DNA from: Octopus vulgaris
Lineage: Eukaryota
DNA length: 64,000 bases
Reading direction: 5' to 3'
Assembly (NCBI GenBank): GCA_951406725.2
Contig: OX597830.1
Coordinates: 29,264,001-29,328,000 of the forward strand
A program made the position numbers and the translations under genes. Positions 13,209 to 26,652 of this stretch are shown piece after piece; position 1 is the first letter of the stretch, and every line of letters begins with the position of its first letter. The notes beneath the pieces were generated by a model. It did not search any database, was not told the DNA's origin, and saw only the letters and a list, made by a program, of their open reading frames with translations.

Positions 13209-13614
13209 TATTTTAATAAACCACAGCTATTAACAGTTCCGTAAATAGTATCTCAAGAAAATGCAAAGTATTAACGGTCTTAATGTCTCGAAAGGTATGA
13301 AAAGATAGAAATATTTTCGTTCAATATTTTTGTTTTACTTATAAGAGCGAATATCTCTCATAACTTCAGAAATCTGTGTAATCTCTTTCACCTTTTAATG
13401 ATGTATAGCTATAACAGTTTTATAATATTCATTGGAAGTTAACTATTCATTTACAAAACTAATCAACTGTCCTGGATTCGAATTTATTTTACCCAAAGAG
13501 AAGACCAAAGAGGTAAATAGTGCTCAGTGAGATTTCAAACTCAGGAATTAGATACCAACAATACATAGCATTTTGTCTGAAGCATTTCCTAATTATTTAA
13601 ACCTTTCATGAGAT

Positions 13615-13895
13615 ACTGAGTTTTATTCCCGGCCGGGTTGTGTGTTGTGTTCTTAAGCAAAACACTTTATTTCACGTTGATGAACTTCACTCATCTGTAC
13701 AAATGAGTTACGACGTCACTGGTGCAAGCTGTATCAGTATTTACCTTCCCCGTGGACAACATCGATGGCGTGGAGAGAGGGGGCTGGTGTGTAGGGGTTT
13801 CTGCTGATTTTCCGTAAACAACCTTACCCCAACTTTTGCTTCGGAGAGGAACTTACTAGGTGCAATCCCATGGTCATTCATGTTCGAAGGTGGTC
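13615..13895 (+). mobile_element. SINE family D (CORE-like central domain) with a distinct tail
   Basis: TTGTGTTCTTAAGCAAAACACTTTATTTCACG..CACTCATCTGTACAAATGAGT resembles the CORE-SINE domain. A related body lies at 32490-32555. Confidence 0.6.
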
Positions 13896-15039
13896 CATCT
13901 ATTTAAACCTACTGATCAACCGCTATATTTGCATATACGTGCACAGCGAATAACTGCTTCTTATTTTGCCAAAAGTTCAGAACATTTCTTCAGATGAGGT
14001 TCTTGGATGATTAAATCGATCTTAGCCCTGCTTTGCCACTTTATTTTATGAACCCGGAAGGATGCAAGACAAAGTTACCCAAAGCAACATTTGAACACAG
14101 AACGCAAAAAGCGCGAACAAAAACGCAAGATAATAGAAGCGAATTCTAAAGAAAAGTACAATAATTTATGTTTCACTGTTGTTAAAGTTGTTAATTTGCT
14201 ACATAGAATTTTTACAAATATATGGTTTGGCATTAATTAGTTTTTGAGTAGTTCTGAGAGGAAACAATTTACAATATCGCCGTCGTAAATGAAAGATTCT
14301 TGCAGTAAATTATATTTCGTATTATATTCACTCCATCTGAGTCTATGTTTCAATATAAGTATTTGTCCATCGGTGCGTATACAATTTCATTATGTGCGTG
14401 TCAAGGGATACAGGCGTACTCACATACACATGCACAAACACGCTCAGCAGAGACACAATAGGAATTCTCTGTCGAATTTCGCGAAGTGCATTTTTTTGAT
14501 AAATTGAACACGATTCAATAAATTAATGTGTAAATAGTTGAGCATTCCTCACACACAAATAATGTTCAGGCCGTGACAATATATAAAAATATTAGACATT
14601 TAATTAAAGATACAAAGCAACAGACAAGATCTTATGCAGAATATGTCAACCAAATAACATCCCGCAATACAGTTCAAGGGTGTATACAACCGTAGGTCAG
14701 TGGGGGGTTGGGATGGAAGCTGAATCATGATACAAGAGTGTCCGGTTAAATAAAAAAAAAGCTATGTATATATATACTAAATGTATGTACCCATCACTTT
14801 GTATACATGCATGTTAATGTGTGCAGGCACGTGCATGTACAGAGAGAAAGTAGCGGGCACAAAAAGTGACATATTACTGATTTCACTCAAAAGTTGTATA
14901 AATATGTTTGTTATACCTTCCAAAATTGCAATGAAAACTATACACGCAGACACATTATATTATATGTGCATAGATATAATAAATACATACACCCACTTAC
15001 ATCTATGTGTGTTTGTGTATATGTAGATATACACATATT

Positions 15040-15245
15040 CTTTTATTTGTTTCAGTTATTTGGCTGCGGCCGTGCTGAGGCACCGTTTTCGGTCTAACAA
15101 ATCGACCGCATGTCTCATTCTTTGAAAGCTTAGTGCTTATTCTATCCGCCCCTTTGGCCGAACCACTAACTTACTGAGAAGTAAACGCACCAACATCGGT
15201 TGTCAAGCGATGTTAGGGGGAACAAACACAGGCACAGAAACATAT
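15040..15245 (-). mobile_element. SINE family A, 3' half only, ending at the microsatellite
   Basis: TTGTTTCAGT..CTGCGGCCGTGCT..CATCGGTTGTCAAGCGATG..AACAAACACAG. Confidence 0.8.
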
Positions 15246-15247
15246 AC

Positions 15248-15308
<61 letters not shown>

Positions 15309-15689
15309 CGCGTGTGTAAATATATATATGTACATATAGATGCGTATAACTCTATCTACCTACCTATCTCTCTCTCTCTCTACACACAAAGAATTACACA
15401 CACACTCACATATACACATGCACACAAACAAACACAGACACACATACGCACACACATACATATATATTCAATAATTATCTCTATTTCAATATGGTCAGAT
15501 GACTAATTATATGAATAATTGAATAATTAATTTTTAGAAAACTTATTAAAATCCATGCATTCATATATATAGGTAAATAAATGCATAGACACATGGTGTG
15601 CATGCATATTCGTATGTCCATATGTGCGCGTATATATGTTTGCGTATGCGTGCGTATTTGTGTGCGTCTGTATGTTTGTGTGTGCGTGC

Positions 15690-15900
15690 GTGTATGTGTT
15701 TGAACATGTGTTTGTGTGTGTGTCTGTGTTTGAGCGTGTGTTGGTGTGTTTGGATATGTGCCTGTGTTTGAAATTGTGTTTGTGTGTTTGAACATGTGTA
15801 TGTGTTTATACATGTGTATGTGTATGTGTGTGTGTTTGTGTGTGTGTTTGAACATGTGTGTGTGTTTGAACATGTGTATGTGTTTAAACATGTGTATGTG
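15690..15900. repeat. Minisatellite of about 18 bp (TGTGTGTTTGAACATGTG) emerging from (TG)n
   Basis: TTTGAACATGTG-like unit recurs about 6 times, several at 18-bp spacing. Confidence 0.75.
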
Positions 15901-16865
15901 TATGTGTGTGTGTGTGTGTTTGTGTGTATATCTCTGTGTGCATATACACAAGGATAATTATAAGTAAGTTACCTCGTAAAGAAAAGAAGCTGAAAGATAT
16001 AAAATCGAAAAAAGCTAATTTCATTAAAACAGAATTTACATACATATTTTTCACATAAATATTGCTAGATTAGCATAAATAAATGAATACATAAAGGAAA
16101 CGCTTAATGCATAAATATAATGAAACAAAGAATGATGTATGATGATAAAACTAAGCTGCAATTAAAGCTCAACCCAATAATTCTCTATCGATTTCTTAAG
16201 TTTCAACCCGGGAATGTTCATTATTGTTTGTAGGTAATGATAATACGTGACGTATATGCTATTTGTTAGAAATCATCCTGATGTAAGTTTATCTTTGTAT
16301 GTAACCAAAACACTAAGCAAACTTTTGGATCAATCTGTAATGACAATAGAATCTTAGAAAATCTTAACACTGCTAACTTAATTACAGCCTTGCTTATATT
16401 TTTTTTTGTTGTGTTGAAGCCCCCCAGGCGATGAAGTAGGCTAGCCCAATACGTAGATATAGAGGGAGAAGCCTAGACGTCAGTAGACTAGAAAGAGTAG
16501 CAGTCGGAGGTAGACTAGAACAGAGTAGAGTTGAGTAGAAGTCATCCGAACGTGCGACTTAACATTTTTCATTCTGGGTTGTTAACTTAAAAAACAAAAG
16601 CAGAATTTTTTTTTTCCAGTCTCACTTTTCGTGCCACTCATATTTTGGGTCTTTAAATCCAGACTAACTTTTTTATCATTTCTCCCCGTTTTAGTCTAAA
16701 GAGCGTTATATTTCGCTGTCATGGCAATAATTTCAGAAGAATTTCGCTATTTGAGATTAACAAAGAAAAATTTCTTTGCAAACAGTTACGAAATTAATAC
16801 TCTAACTACTATTAGATTACTGTTTGGTCTTTTCAGTCATTCTGGAAATATCAGGAACTTTAGAC

Positions 16866-17351
16866 CAGATGTGTCAAACTCCCGACTCGCGGGCACTTCC
16901 AGCCCGTGCAGCAATTTTGATATCATCATGAAGTTGGTCCAAATGGCGATATCAGAAAATACAGTACTTTGCTGGCCTCAGCAACACCCATGCCTTCTTG
17001 TTGCAGCTACACATACGTAGTGTGTGACTAAAGCAGGCCATAATATTATATATAGCACTGACTGCACTACCTTCCTTACTAACGGTGTCATGAAAAGTAG
17101 CAATAATTTTTTTGCAACATGTTCTTAATTTAAATTTTTATAATTTTGACAGGAGAATTTTTTATGCAGAGCAAAATATTTAAAGTAATTAAAGTTACAG
17201 TTAATTTATTTTGGGAATAAAATTATATACCATCTGTTTCAATATATGTTCATGCCCTAAAAGTTTTAGTCTGTTCATTAAAGGTTTAACCTGTTCAGCC
17301 ATCGACCTAAAGTGTACTTTGAGTTTTGTGCGAAAGAGTTTGACACCGCTG
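16866..17351. mobile_element. Non-autonomous hAT (Charlie/Buster-type) element
   Basis: TIRs CAGATGTGTCAAACTC (16866-16881) and GAGTTTGACACCGCTG (17336-17351). 8-bp TSD CTTTAGAC / CGTTAGAC (7/8, central TA). Subterminal GCGGGC..GCCCG motif. Confidence 0.85.
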
Positions 17352-17444
17352 CGTTAGACAATATAGGTGCATATATACAAATGAAAATGAGATATTACGT
17401 ACACAGTTAATCACAAATAAACACTGATATGCACTCCCATAAGC

Positions 17445-17482
<38 letters not shown>

Positions 17483-17936
17483 CCGTGAGAGTGAGCGGTT
17501 GTGAATGCAACCAACTAAGGGATAGTACCTATCCAATATACTGCTGGTAGAGTACCCAATTATTAACAATACTCAAGTGCTGGTTATTGCGTGGCAATTT
17601 CACAATCGAGTGTAGTAAATGGGCGGGGGTAATAAGTGGTTTAGCCTTAATTTATACGGCAAAAACAAAAAGGAGTGGTCACAGAAATGACATATATCAA
17701 CTGTTAAATATTCTAGTATGTCTATTTATTTATTCTAAAACATTTGTAAGAATACGTACATATGATAACACTGTGTGTTACATACATATGTACCAGTAAC
17801 ACTGACACATTTGTCTGTAACACACATTCTTTGCATATTTATATATCCTTTCACATGTTTTAGAATAAATTAATTGACGTAATAGAATATCTAACAGTTG
17901 ATATGTGCCATTTCTGTATCCCCTCCATTTTCTTTC

Positions 17937-18022
<86 letters not shown>

Positions 18023-18149
18023 TTGTGTGTGCGTGCGTGTGCCATGCGTGCGTACTTCAGTGATCACACTATCTTTCCTGTTGCATACAAAAAATGCTAC
18101 AAGTAACTACGCATTGAAAAAACGTGTAATACGAAAATAGAAGGACCCT

Positions 18150-19160
18150 AGAATATTATACAAGACTCAGAAAAATATGACAATCAGAACTCTCCTCTTA
18201 CAACAAGACAGTATTCCACAATACGCTTGCGGTACCAATATTTGCGATACTTGGCTGTTCTGTAGAAGAAATCCACTCCATAGACGTTAATACCCGCAAC
18301 ATACAGGCATTAACTTGAAATCTTCACAGTTATAATGATATCGACAGGCTTTGCCAATGAAAGATAAAATGAGGTTAGAGATCCTTCGAATGTCGAGTAG
18401 CTTCCTTTTCAGACAACACTTGCTAAACAACAGCAGCAAATATAAATACATATGTGGAGGCACTCCGTCGGTTACGACGATGAGGGTTCCGGTTGATCCG
18501 AATCAACGGAACAGCCTGCTCGTGAAATTAACGTGTAAGTGGCTGAGCACTCCACAGACACGTGTATCCTTAACGTAGTTCTCGGGGAAATTCAGCGTGA
18601 CACAGAGAGTGACAAGGCCGGCCCTTTGAAATACAGGTACAAATAAATACATATACTCAGTGCTGCAAAGTGAAGAGAACAGTAGCCTACGTGTCAGTAG
18701 CGAGCTCCTCAGGAAGCACTCTACTTCTGATGATCCTCCATACAGCTCCAAAACAGCTGGGCTAACATATCTGAAAGAAGACCTGGATGTGAAACGCTCA
18801 TTATGCAGAACCCCACCAAAAAAATTTAAATAAATTGAAAATTACCATGCACTGTTATGTTTCCTGGCGACTTGAGGAAGACTAATATTGATATAAAGCA
18901 AAGCCTCTATTTGACTCGTGGCCGCTAATTCAAGTCACACTTTGAATGGGCACACCATTTGCAATCCAGGAACAGAAGGCTCCGAAAATACATACCTGAT
19001 AAACAGAAGAGATATTGAAGCCCTTGGATTTCCAAGTTACAACAGGAAATATATATTATCCCATAGTTTTATGGAAGATATCATTCATGCGATTACCTGC
19101 TGCCGAAAAATATCAAGATAGTATCTCCCTATGCCACTCGACGTTACCTCAAAAATAACA
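18150..19160 (+). pseudogene. R4/Dong-clade non-LTR retrotransposon relic (post-RT region and zinc-knuckle region)
   Basis: Translation I*QSELSSYNKTVFHNTLAVPIF..EEIHSIDVNTRNIQALT*NLHSYNDIDRL, then FKSHFE..AIQEQ..YLINRRDIEA and EDIIHAITCCRKISR*YLPM (approx. E...HI...C.....Y..RHD). Confidence 0.85.
18454..18642 (-). mobile_element. SINE B tail-1 module alone (5'-truncated), inserted in the R4/Dong relic
   Basis: Near-identical to 5635-5820. Exact 12-bp TSD ATAAATACATAT at 18442-18453 and 18643-18654. Confidence 0.92.
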
Positions 19161-19262
19161 TGCCAGGCCCCGAAAGAAAGACGTATATCAAATTTGAATC
19201 AGCAAAATTTTGAACCGAAAATGTTGACGTAGAGTCATTAACCGCTTGTTATTTTTCAACAG

Positions 19263-19464
19263 ATTAGCAACGTATGTGAAACGAAATGATTAAATAAATA
19301 ACAATGAAGATTGTGGTCAACACAACCTGAGAACGCAATTTATTCATTCGTCCTCATTGTCGGCCTTAACTCGTGCCTGAGTACTACATCAGCGAATGAG
19401 CCTCGTCATCTTGAATGGGTGCGGAGGGTGACAGTACCTCAGATGGCTATTCGGTCTAGGTGCG
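19263..19464 (+). CDS. Candidate exon 1 of an unidentified host gene
   Basis: Acceptor TTATTTTTCAACAG|, donor GCG|GTAAAG and raised GC. Open frame 19308-19464 (..SFVLIVGLNSCLSTTSANEPRHLEWVRRVTVPQMAIRSRC-g). No in-frame ATG before 19443. Confidence 0.25.
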
Positions 19465-20580
19465 GTAAAGAAAAGAATTCATACATTAACTTTCACAAAA
19501 TTTAACTACTATGGAATTAACAAATTAAGTTTGCTAGGGAATGAACGTGCTGATAGTTCCTTATACACCAGCAAATATCTTGTTATATTGTTCAAGGCAA
19601 TAGTGAGGTAAAAATAAATAAATAAACGGGAAGATGACGCTGCATTTGTTCATTTCCCGTGAAATATGTTTATAATCCAACTATTTATAAACATAGGAAG
19701 TTTTTGTCAGTTCAAAGAAACCAAAAAAAAAAAAAAAAAATGCGATAAAAACGGCATTGTTGATTCAAATAATAATTGTTGAAGTAAAGACACAGTGATT
19801 ATTAAAACGTTGACATTTTTGTTGATCATTATCATTCAGGCTCATTATGTAAACACACAATTTACAAACACTATTGAAATGATATGAGCCGAAAACATAT
19901 GTGAGCAAACATAGAATGAGAGATAAATATGCGAGAATAAGTCATTCATGATTGGTTAACTAAATACATTTCACTTGCTATGCATATATAACTCCGAATG
20001 AATAAATATTACAATAAAATTTTATGTATGCCATGCTTTGTGTGTTTGCTTTTGTTTCCATAATTTATGGGATTAATGCACATTGTTCAAATTTTAGAAT
20101 TATTAATTATTGTTTTGAATAGAGACATTCATATTTTTAGAAAATTATCAAACCGAGATAGAATGGAAACAGAAAAAAAGAAAAATAAATATAATAGCAA
20201 ATTCGATATTTAATATAACAAAATACAATAAATGTATTTTTTGATAAAGAAAATTCAAAATTCTGAGCAGTGTTGATGAATATACTTTGTATAATTTACA
20301 TATAATTATAAGCGAAAAATTGTTCTTGCATAAGAAATATATTAGCATCTGTTTTAATAAATAGGTCTATTTGCATGATAATTTGACAGGTGGCACATTA
20401 AAAAGGGCTTAGTAAATAAGAAAGAAAAGAAAATTGATAATGTTAGTTGGCATAATGAATATACATTATTAATGAAGTTCCATAATTGACTAATTTATCT
20501 AATCTAGATATATTGTATGTATCTCACTGTCTTTCTCTCTCTTCCTCCCGCATTATCTTTGTCTGACTCTATCACTATAT

Positions 20581-20690
<110 letters not shown>

Positions 20691-20782
20691 TGTGTGTGTA
20701 AATATATATGTATACATATGTAAATATGTGTGTATTTGGGGAGAGAAATAGAGATGATATGCACATATCTATTTAACCATCA

Positions 20783-20949
20783 ATGCATCCATTCCTGATC
20801 CACCCCTCTATCCATCCATCCATCTATCCGTCCATCCATCCATTTATTCATTCATCCATCCATCCACCTCTCTCCCTCCCTCTCTTCTTACCTACCTACC
20901 TACCTACCTACCTACCTACCTACCTACAACCTACCTACCTACATATCTG

Positions 20950-21005
<56 letters not shown>

Positions 21006-21022
21006 CCTACCTACCTACCTAC

Positions 21023-21059
<37 letters not shown>

Positions 21060-21110
21060 CATCCATCTACCTACCTACCTGCCTACCTATCTATTTATCT
21101 ATTTATCTAT

Positions 21111-21164
<54 letters not shown>

Positions 21165-21165
21165 A
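20783..21165. repeat. Tetranucleotide array grading through (CCAT)n, (CCTA)n and (CTAT)n
   Basis: Directly visible. Confidence 0.95.
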
Positions 21166-21340
21166 TCGCTGTACACACACACACACGCTCACACAGACAC
21201 ACAAACGCACGAACATACACTGTTATAGGAACGATGGAGAATGTTCTAATGCGAGAGGTCAACACGGAATAAATATTAGCCAAAAACAAAACAATATATG
21301 CATCGTTCTGCTTTGCTTACTCGGTCCTTTTGTTCCATAG

Positions 21341-21497
21341 GTGAAAGTGATAGTTTATTCATTGTTGCAACACCCTTGTTTCCTCAGGCTGCCGTAAAGC
21401 TAAACAACACCAAGAGGTTTTCTGAAGTGGTTTTCGAATATTCCAGGAATCTAATACATTTGGGGCAAACTTACCAGGGTACAGTTAAGAGAAAATG
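21341..21497 (+). CDS. Candidate internal exon (157 bp, phase 1 to 2) of an unidentified host gene
   Basis: Strong acceptor CCTTTTGTTCCATAG| and donor AATG|GTAAAT. Fully open, non-repetitive frame ESDSLFIVATPLFPQAAVKLNNTKRFSEVVFEYSRNLIHLGQTYQGTVKRK. Confidence 0.45.
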
Positions 21498-21919
21498 GTA
21501 AATGTTGATAATCCGAACCTTTAAAATTGTCATTTCTCTACCTCCCGTATAGAAATAATAGCATGATAATACACGTATACGCATGCACACAAACACACAC
21601 ACACAGAGGCACGCGCCCGGGAGCAAACACACACACACACACACACTCACACACACACAGCGTGACATAAACATACACCCACTCTCACACACACATATGC
21701 GCGTGTGTGTGCCAGTTGGGGTAAAATAATTTATGAAAGTCGTACCGCCTAGATCTGCGGGTCCTACTTAAAGATAATACAAGCTTTAGTCCTAATGGTA
21801 ACTATATATACTGCAGAGGTGGAAATATTTCTGTATCGTTAGATATTTCAGCGCCACAAACGTTTCAACCCTTAGATTACACCTTTCACCCGAGCAGGGT
21901 ACTGAATAATGAATTATCC

Positions 21920-22270
21920 GTCCCGTACAGAAAATGTCCACTTCTTTTTCTAGTCAGCGGCAACTACTTTGAACTAGTTAAGATACCATAGCTATCTCCT
22001 TGGTGGCTTTCTTCAGTGGTTTGGCTTCCAAACCAGTCTTCTGTAGGAAATAGCGGGCTTATCCTCAATAACAATGAAGTTGAATGCCATCCTCTGTGAA
22101 GAACCTTATCTAACATGTCTTGCTATTTGGCTTTCTATAGTGAATTATAAATTTCCAATTTATCCTTCAGAGCCACAATGATTTTCTTATTTTGGCCTCT
22201 TTGGTCCTCGATAGAACAAGCATAACTAGTTTTTGGCAGCTCTTCTAGAAGGATGATTCCTTCCTTTTAT
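21920..22270 (-). pseudogene. HERO-like (R2-group) non-LTR relic, C-terminal restriction-like endonuclease region
   Basis: Minus-strand fragments KKIIVA, KAK*QDMLDKVLHRGWHST (approx. K..KY..L......GW) and RYFLQKTGLEAKPLKKATKEIA. Confidence 0.55.
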
Positions 22271-22639
22271 GTCGTTTTGCATAATCTAATTAGAAAGTTG
22301 CTGCCGAACTTGCCTTACGCTTCTTATTATATTCTCTTACGAATCAAATAACTTTTATTAATGATGACAGCTATATGGTAGCCTTAAACCCCTGCGGGTC
22401 CGAACGCTTTTCTATTTCTGGAATTGTTTAAGTGCATCCACTGAAAATATTGACCTCTGTGTTCGTTCTGAAGCAACATATTTCTGTCAAGGACACGAAG
22501 TTTTTCAAAATATTTGTTTAAAAGTTACTACTGAAAAATTATTACAGATATATGCCAGGTATATATTACAGGTATATAACACTCATATCTGCCCTGAATG
22601 TTAATATACGTATGTGTCAGTGAATGTATCTGTGTGTCT

Positions 22640-22838
22640 ATCTGGCAAAAATGAGTAGTATTGTATTTCAAAGAGCCGGCCTTGTCACACTTTGTGACTC
22701 ACTGAATCTCCCTGAGAACTACGTTAAGGGTATATGTGTCTGTGGAGTACTCAGCCACTTGCACGTTAATTTCACGAGCAAACTGTTCCGTTGATCGTAG
22801 CATCTGGGATCCTCGTCGTCGTAACCGACGGAGTGCAC
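22640..22838 (+). mobile_element. Tail-1 module preceded by the end of a CORE-like (family D) body
   Basis: CTGGCAAAAATGAGTAGTA followed by TGTATTTCAAAGAGCCGGCCTTGTCAC..GTCGTAACCGACGGAGTG. Confidence 0.8.
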
Positions 22839-23499
22839 CTCATATATATATATATATATATATACATGAATCACGTATGCTTGCTAAAATTCAATAATAT
22901 GGCATCATGGTTTAAAGACGCTTGATTATATCGTGATATCATTTATAATGGAGAAAGTGGAGTGACATTATTTTCCCAAAATCTACATTTAACTGATATT
23001 TCACTCGTCGTGTGCCAGCAAATATTTTTCTCGCTGTAGTGTAGTTCAAATTCCAAATTAATGAAAAAGTTTTAAAGTCAAAACAAGTCATATTGTTTGC
23101 ATATGTGAGTCAATTTCAAATTTGCAAGTCAATCAAAAATTGATAACTTTTCGTCAATTGTCCGAATGTAAAATATGTTTCAAATAGTTATGGAATAATA
23201 TGAAGTGTTTATAACGAAACATAGTGAAGTTCTATCTCCTCTCAATATCCTTTTGTTACTTACATTCAACCTGTGAATAAAATTATGCGTGCAACGTTCA
23301 GTATTGTCTCATAGTCTTTCATTTGTCAATAATTACTATAGTCTTAGTATGGATCATAAGTATGCGTGTATTTGAGTGAGTGTATGTGTGTGTATATGTG
23401 TGTGCATGTGTGTGCGTATGTGTGTGTGAAACTTTTGAGGAGCACTAACCATTAGTGCAGTTTCAAGGTCATTGCTGATTCAGATTTTTTTTATTTTTG

Positions 23500-23905
23500 T
23501 ACTCTTTACTCTTTTACTCTTTTACTTGTTTCAGTCATTTGACTGCGGCCATGCTGGAGCACCGCCTTTAGTCGAGCAAATCGACCCCGCGACTTATTCT
23601 TTGTAAGCCTAGTACTTATTCTATCGGTCTCATTTGCCGAACTGCTTAGTGACGGAGACGTAAACACACCAGCATCGGTTGTCAAGCAATGCTAGGGGGA
23701 CAAACACAGACACACAAACACATATACACACATATATATATATATATACATATATACGACAGGCTTCTTTCAGTTTCCGTCTACCAAATCCACTCACAAG
23801 GCATTGGTCGACCCGGGGCTGTAGCAGAAGACACTTGCCCAAGATGCCACGCAGTGGGACTGAACCCGAAACCATGTGGTTGGCTATCAAGCTACTTACC
23901 ACACT
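23500..23905 (-). mobile_element. SINE family A, nearly full length
   Basis: Reverse complement of consensus with (ACTCTTTT)n tail; first about 15 bp of head missing. Confidence 0.9.
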
Positions 23906-25832
23906 TTCTATATTTTTCTCTTGCGCAATACTTGGGATTTCCAGAAGCGAATCCAGGATGTCCACAACAGAAACCCATTCATGATGATACCACTATTGTA
24001 TTAAATGTCCTTTCCTTTGTCTTTTGAATCTCAGTTGATTCCGCTTGGTGAAATATTTCAAGAAATTAGAAAATATGGTGATAATCTAGAATAGAAAATG
24101 AATGTAGATGAGCAGGTTCCTTCAGCAGTTTGTAAAATATATTAGTTTAAGGCGATATTAATTTGGACGAGGAAGAGGAACAATATATTTCCCTTCCTAC
24201 CATCAATTTTTCTTAATAATTATATCTTAATTGAGTCGTGCTCTTGAGAAGTTGAGAATCTGTCTCTAGTCTAATCCCATTGAGAATATGGTAAAGGGAA
24301 ACTGTGCGGTATCACGTCGTATATGTATATAAATATATATATATGATTTTTTTTGAGTGTGTGTGCTATGTTTGTGCTTGTTTGTGTGCTGTGTTTGTAC
24401 TTGTCAGAAAGTGTCTGTCACCGCTTAACAACAGGAATTCGTTGTAACACTTCCCTGTAACATAGAAGTACAATTGAAAAGAAATACAGTAAGACAATTA
24501 ACATCCGTAGAAAAAAACACAATGTTTGCCGAGAACGATTTCACCGACTAAACCCTGCAGTCATTACCCTAAATAAGTACAAAGGCGTAAATGAAAAAAA
24601 GAATAAATATGTTTAGCATCAGATTCCTTGCCCTATTGTACTTGCTAATAAAGTACAAATGTAAATTCGTTCTCAGTTTATCAATAGTAGAAAGATTTTG
24701 CCATTTTGCATTTTCTCAATAATGTATCAAATAATCGTATAATATTAAAGTTACTCTAACCAATAAAGTTACTCTCACCATTAAGTGTTCCGTATTACTG
24801 CTAATCGAATTATTCAAATCGATAAAAAGAAATGTCATCGCTAGAAAGCTTTAATCACACATAAATATATTGATCATGAGTAACACATGAGGTTTTGGCT
24901 TACCTAAAATTTTATTGATACAAATGTCATGCAAAGCACTATAAAAGCAGAAATTTATAAATTTGCTTTAAAATAGCGAGGGAACAGTTTTAGCGATTTC
25001 ACAGCACATATTTGAAATAAAGTGTAGTAACGTGAACATGTCTAGTGTCCTACACCATAATAATAACGAGGCGGACATTTTGTTCTACATATTGAGGAAC
25101 AGTTTAGAGCAAGTAAACACAAAATTCTGGTGTAAGTCAATCAAATTTCTTTTTCCAGAACAAAACATCCTAAGTTGTTTTTTTAGTTATTGAGTAAAAC
25201 GATAGCAGAAAGCAAAAAATAAAACAATAAAACAGATATATTTCCTCTGAGAATTATAATTGGAGCCATGAGAGCTTCTTAATGAGCTATGCAATCAACA
25301 TTAATGCATTAGATTTGTTTTATAACTGATGTTATTGCACCCATCGACCCACTCAAAGATCAGACAACAATCACACATGCTAACCATACTTACACTTGTT
25401 CAAACAAACCCGGCTAGCCAACCAAATAACAAACGCTGTTCTTTGTGTTAATTTTTCAATACAAAGTAATATCATGTTTTTTTATAGCGAAATATAATTG
25501 TATTTCATGTTTATTTTCTCGCCGAAATTTTTATCCTTCCAGGCAAAAATAAATATTATTTTGGTTGTTTTACTGTCTTTAACTTCTTTTCTTTATTTCA
25601 TTGAGAGAAATTTATATTTATAAGTTTTTTTTATTTATTATTTTCTTGTTATAATTTCGTTTAATTGGAAGTTATTTCATTACACGTGATATAACTTTTT
25701 TTTTGTTTTATTTGTTGTGCGGTATGTTTTGCGTCTCTCTTTTTTCTTCAAAATCATATTCATGTTTGTACATTTTTCGGTAGACATACAAAAGTACGCG
25801 TGAGCAAATATACATACATAAAGGCTTATATA

Positions 25833-25889
<57 letters not shown>

Positions 25890-25938
25890 GTACATATATA
25901 TACTTATATATATACATATATACATACACACACACACA

Positions 25939-25976
<38 letters not shown>

Positions 25977-26026
25977 AACAAAAACGCATATTTGAGAAAA
26001 CGAAAGAGAGGGAGCGAGAAGCAGAG

Positions 26027-26072
<46 letters not shown>

Positions 26073-26311
26073 AAGAGTGAGTAAGAAAGAGAGGTTTAGT
26101 TACTGCTTCATTGATATATGTATTTTTGAGATTTCACTAGGTGCGTTCTGTTACAACGTGAAATTGGAAATGTTTTAAATATTTACTGTTTTTTGTATCA
26201 CTTTTGTTCTTTGGTTTGTTTGGCATATGAGTTCTCTATTGATGAAGGCGACACAATAATATAATATATTTGTGTAAATAGATTTAGACGATGAATGCAA
26301 ATATAAGTATG

Positions 26312-26348
<37 letters not shown>

Positions 26349-26364
26349 TGGCACATATATACAC

Positions 26365-26416
<52 letters not shown>

Positions 26417-26604
26417 GTATATACATATATATATATATGTATATACTCACATGCATATATATTTATTTATATATATGTACATATATGTATTCATATATGC
26501 ATGCATGTATATAAATATGTATATATATATACACACATATACGTATACCTACCTACAAACGCACTCACATAATTTAAGAATTATGTATACATTTCTATGT
26601 GTGA

Positions 26605-26652
<48 letters not shown>

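Noticed and set aside
21341-21497. Fleeting resemblance of the candidate exon peptide to secreted deaminase or glycosyltransferase families
   Set aside because: No catalytic motifs are visible, so no product was assigned.
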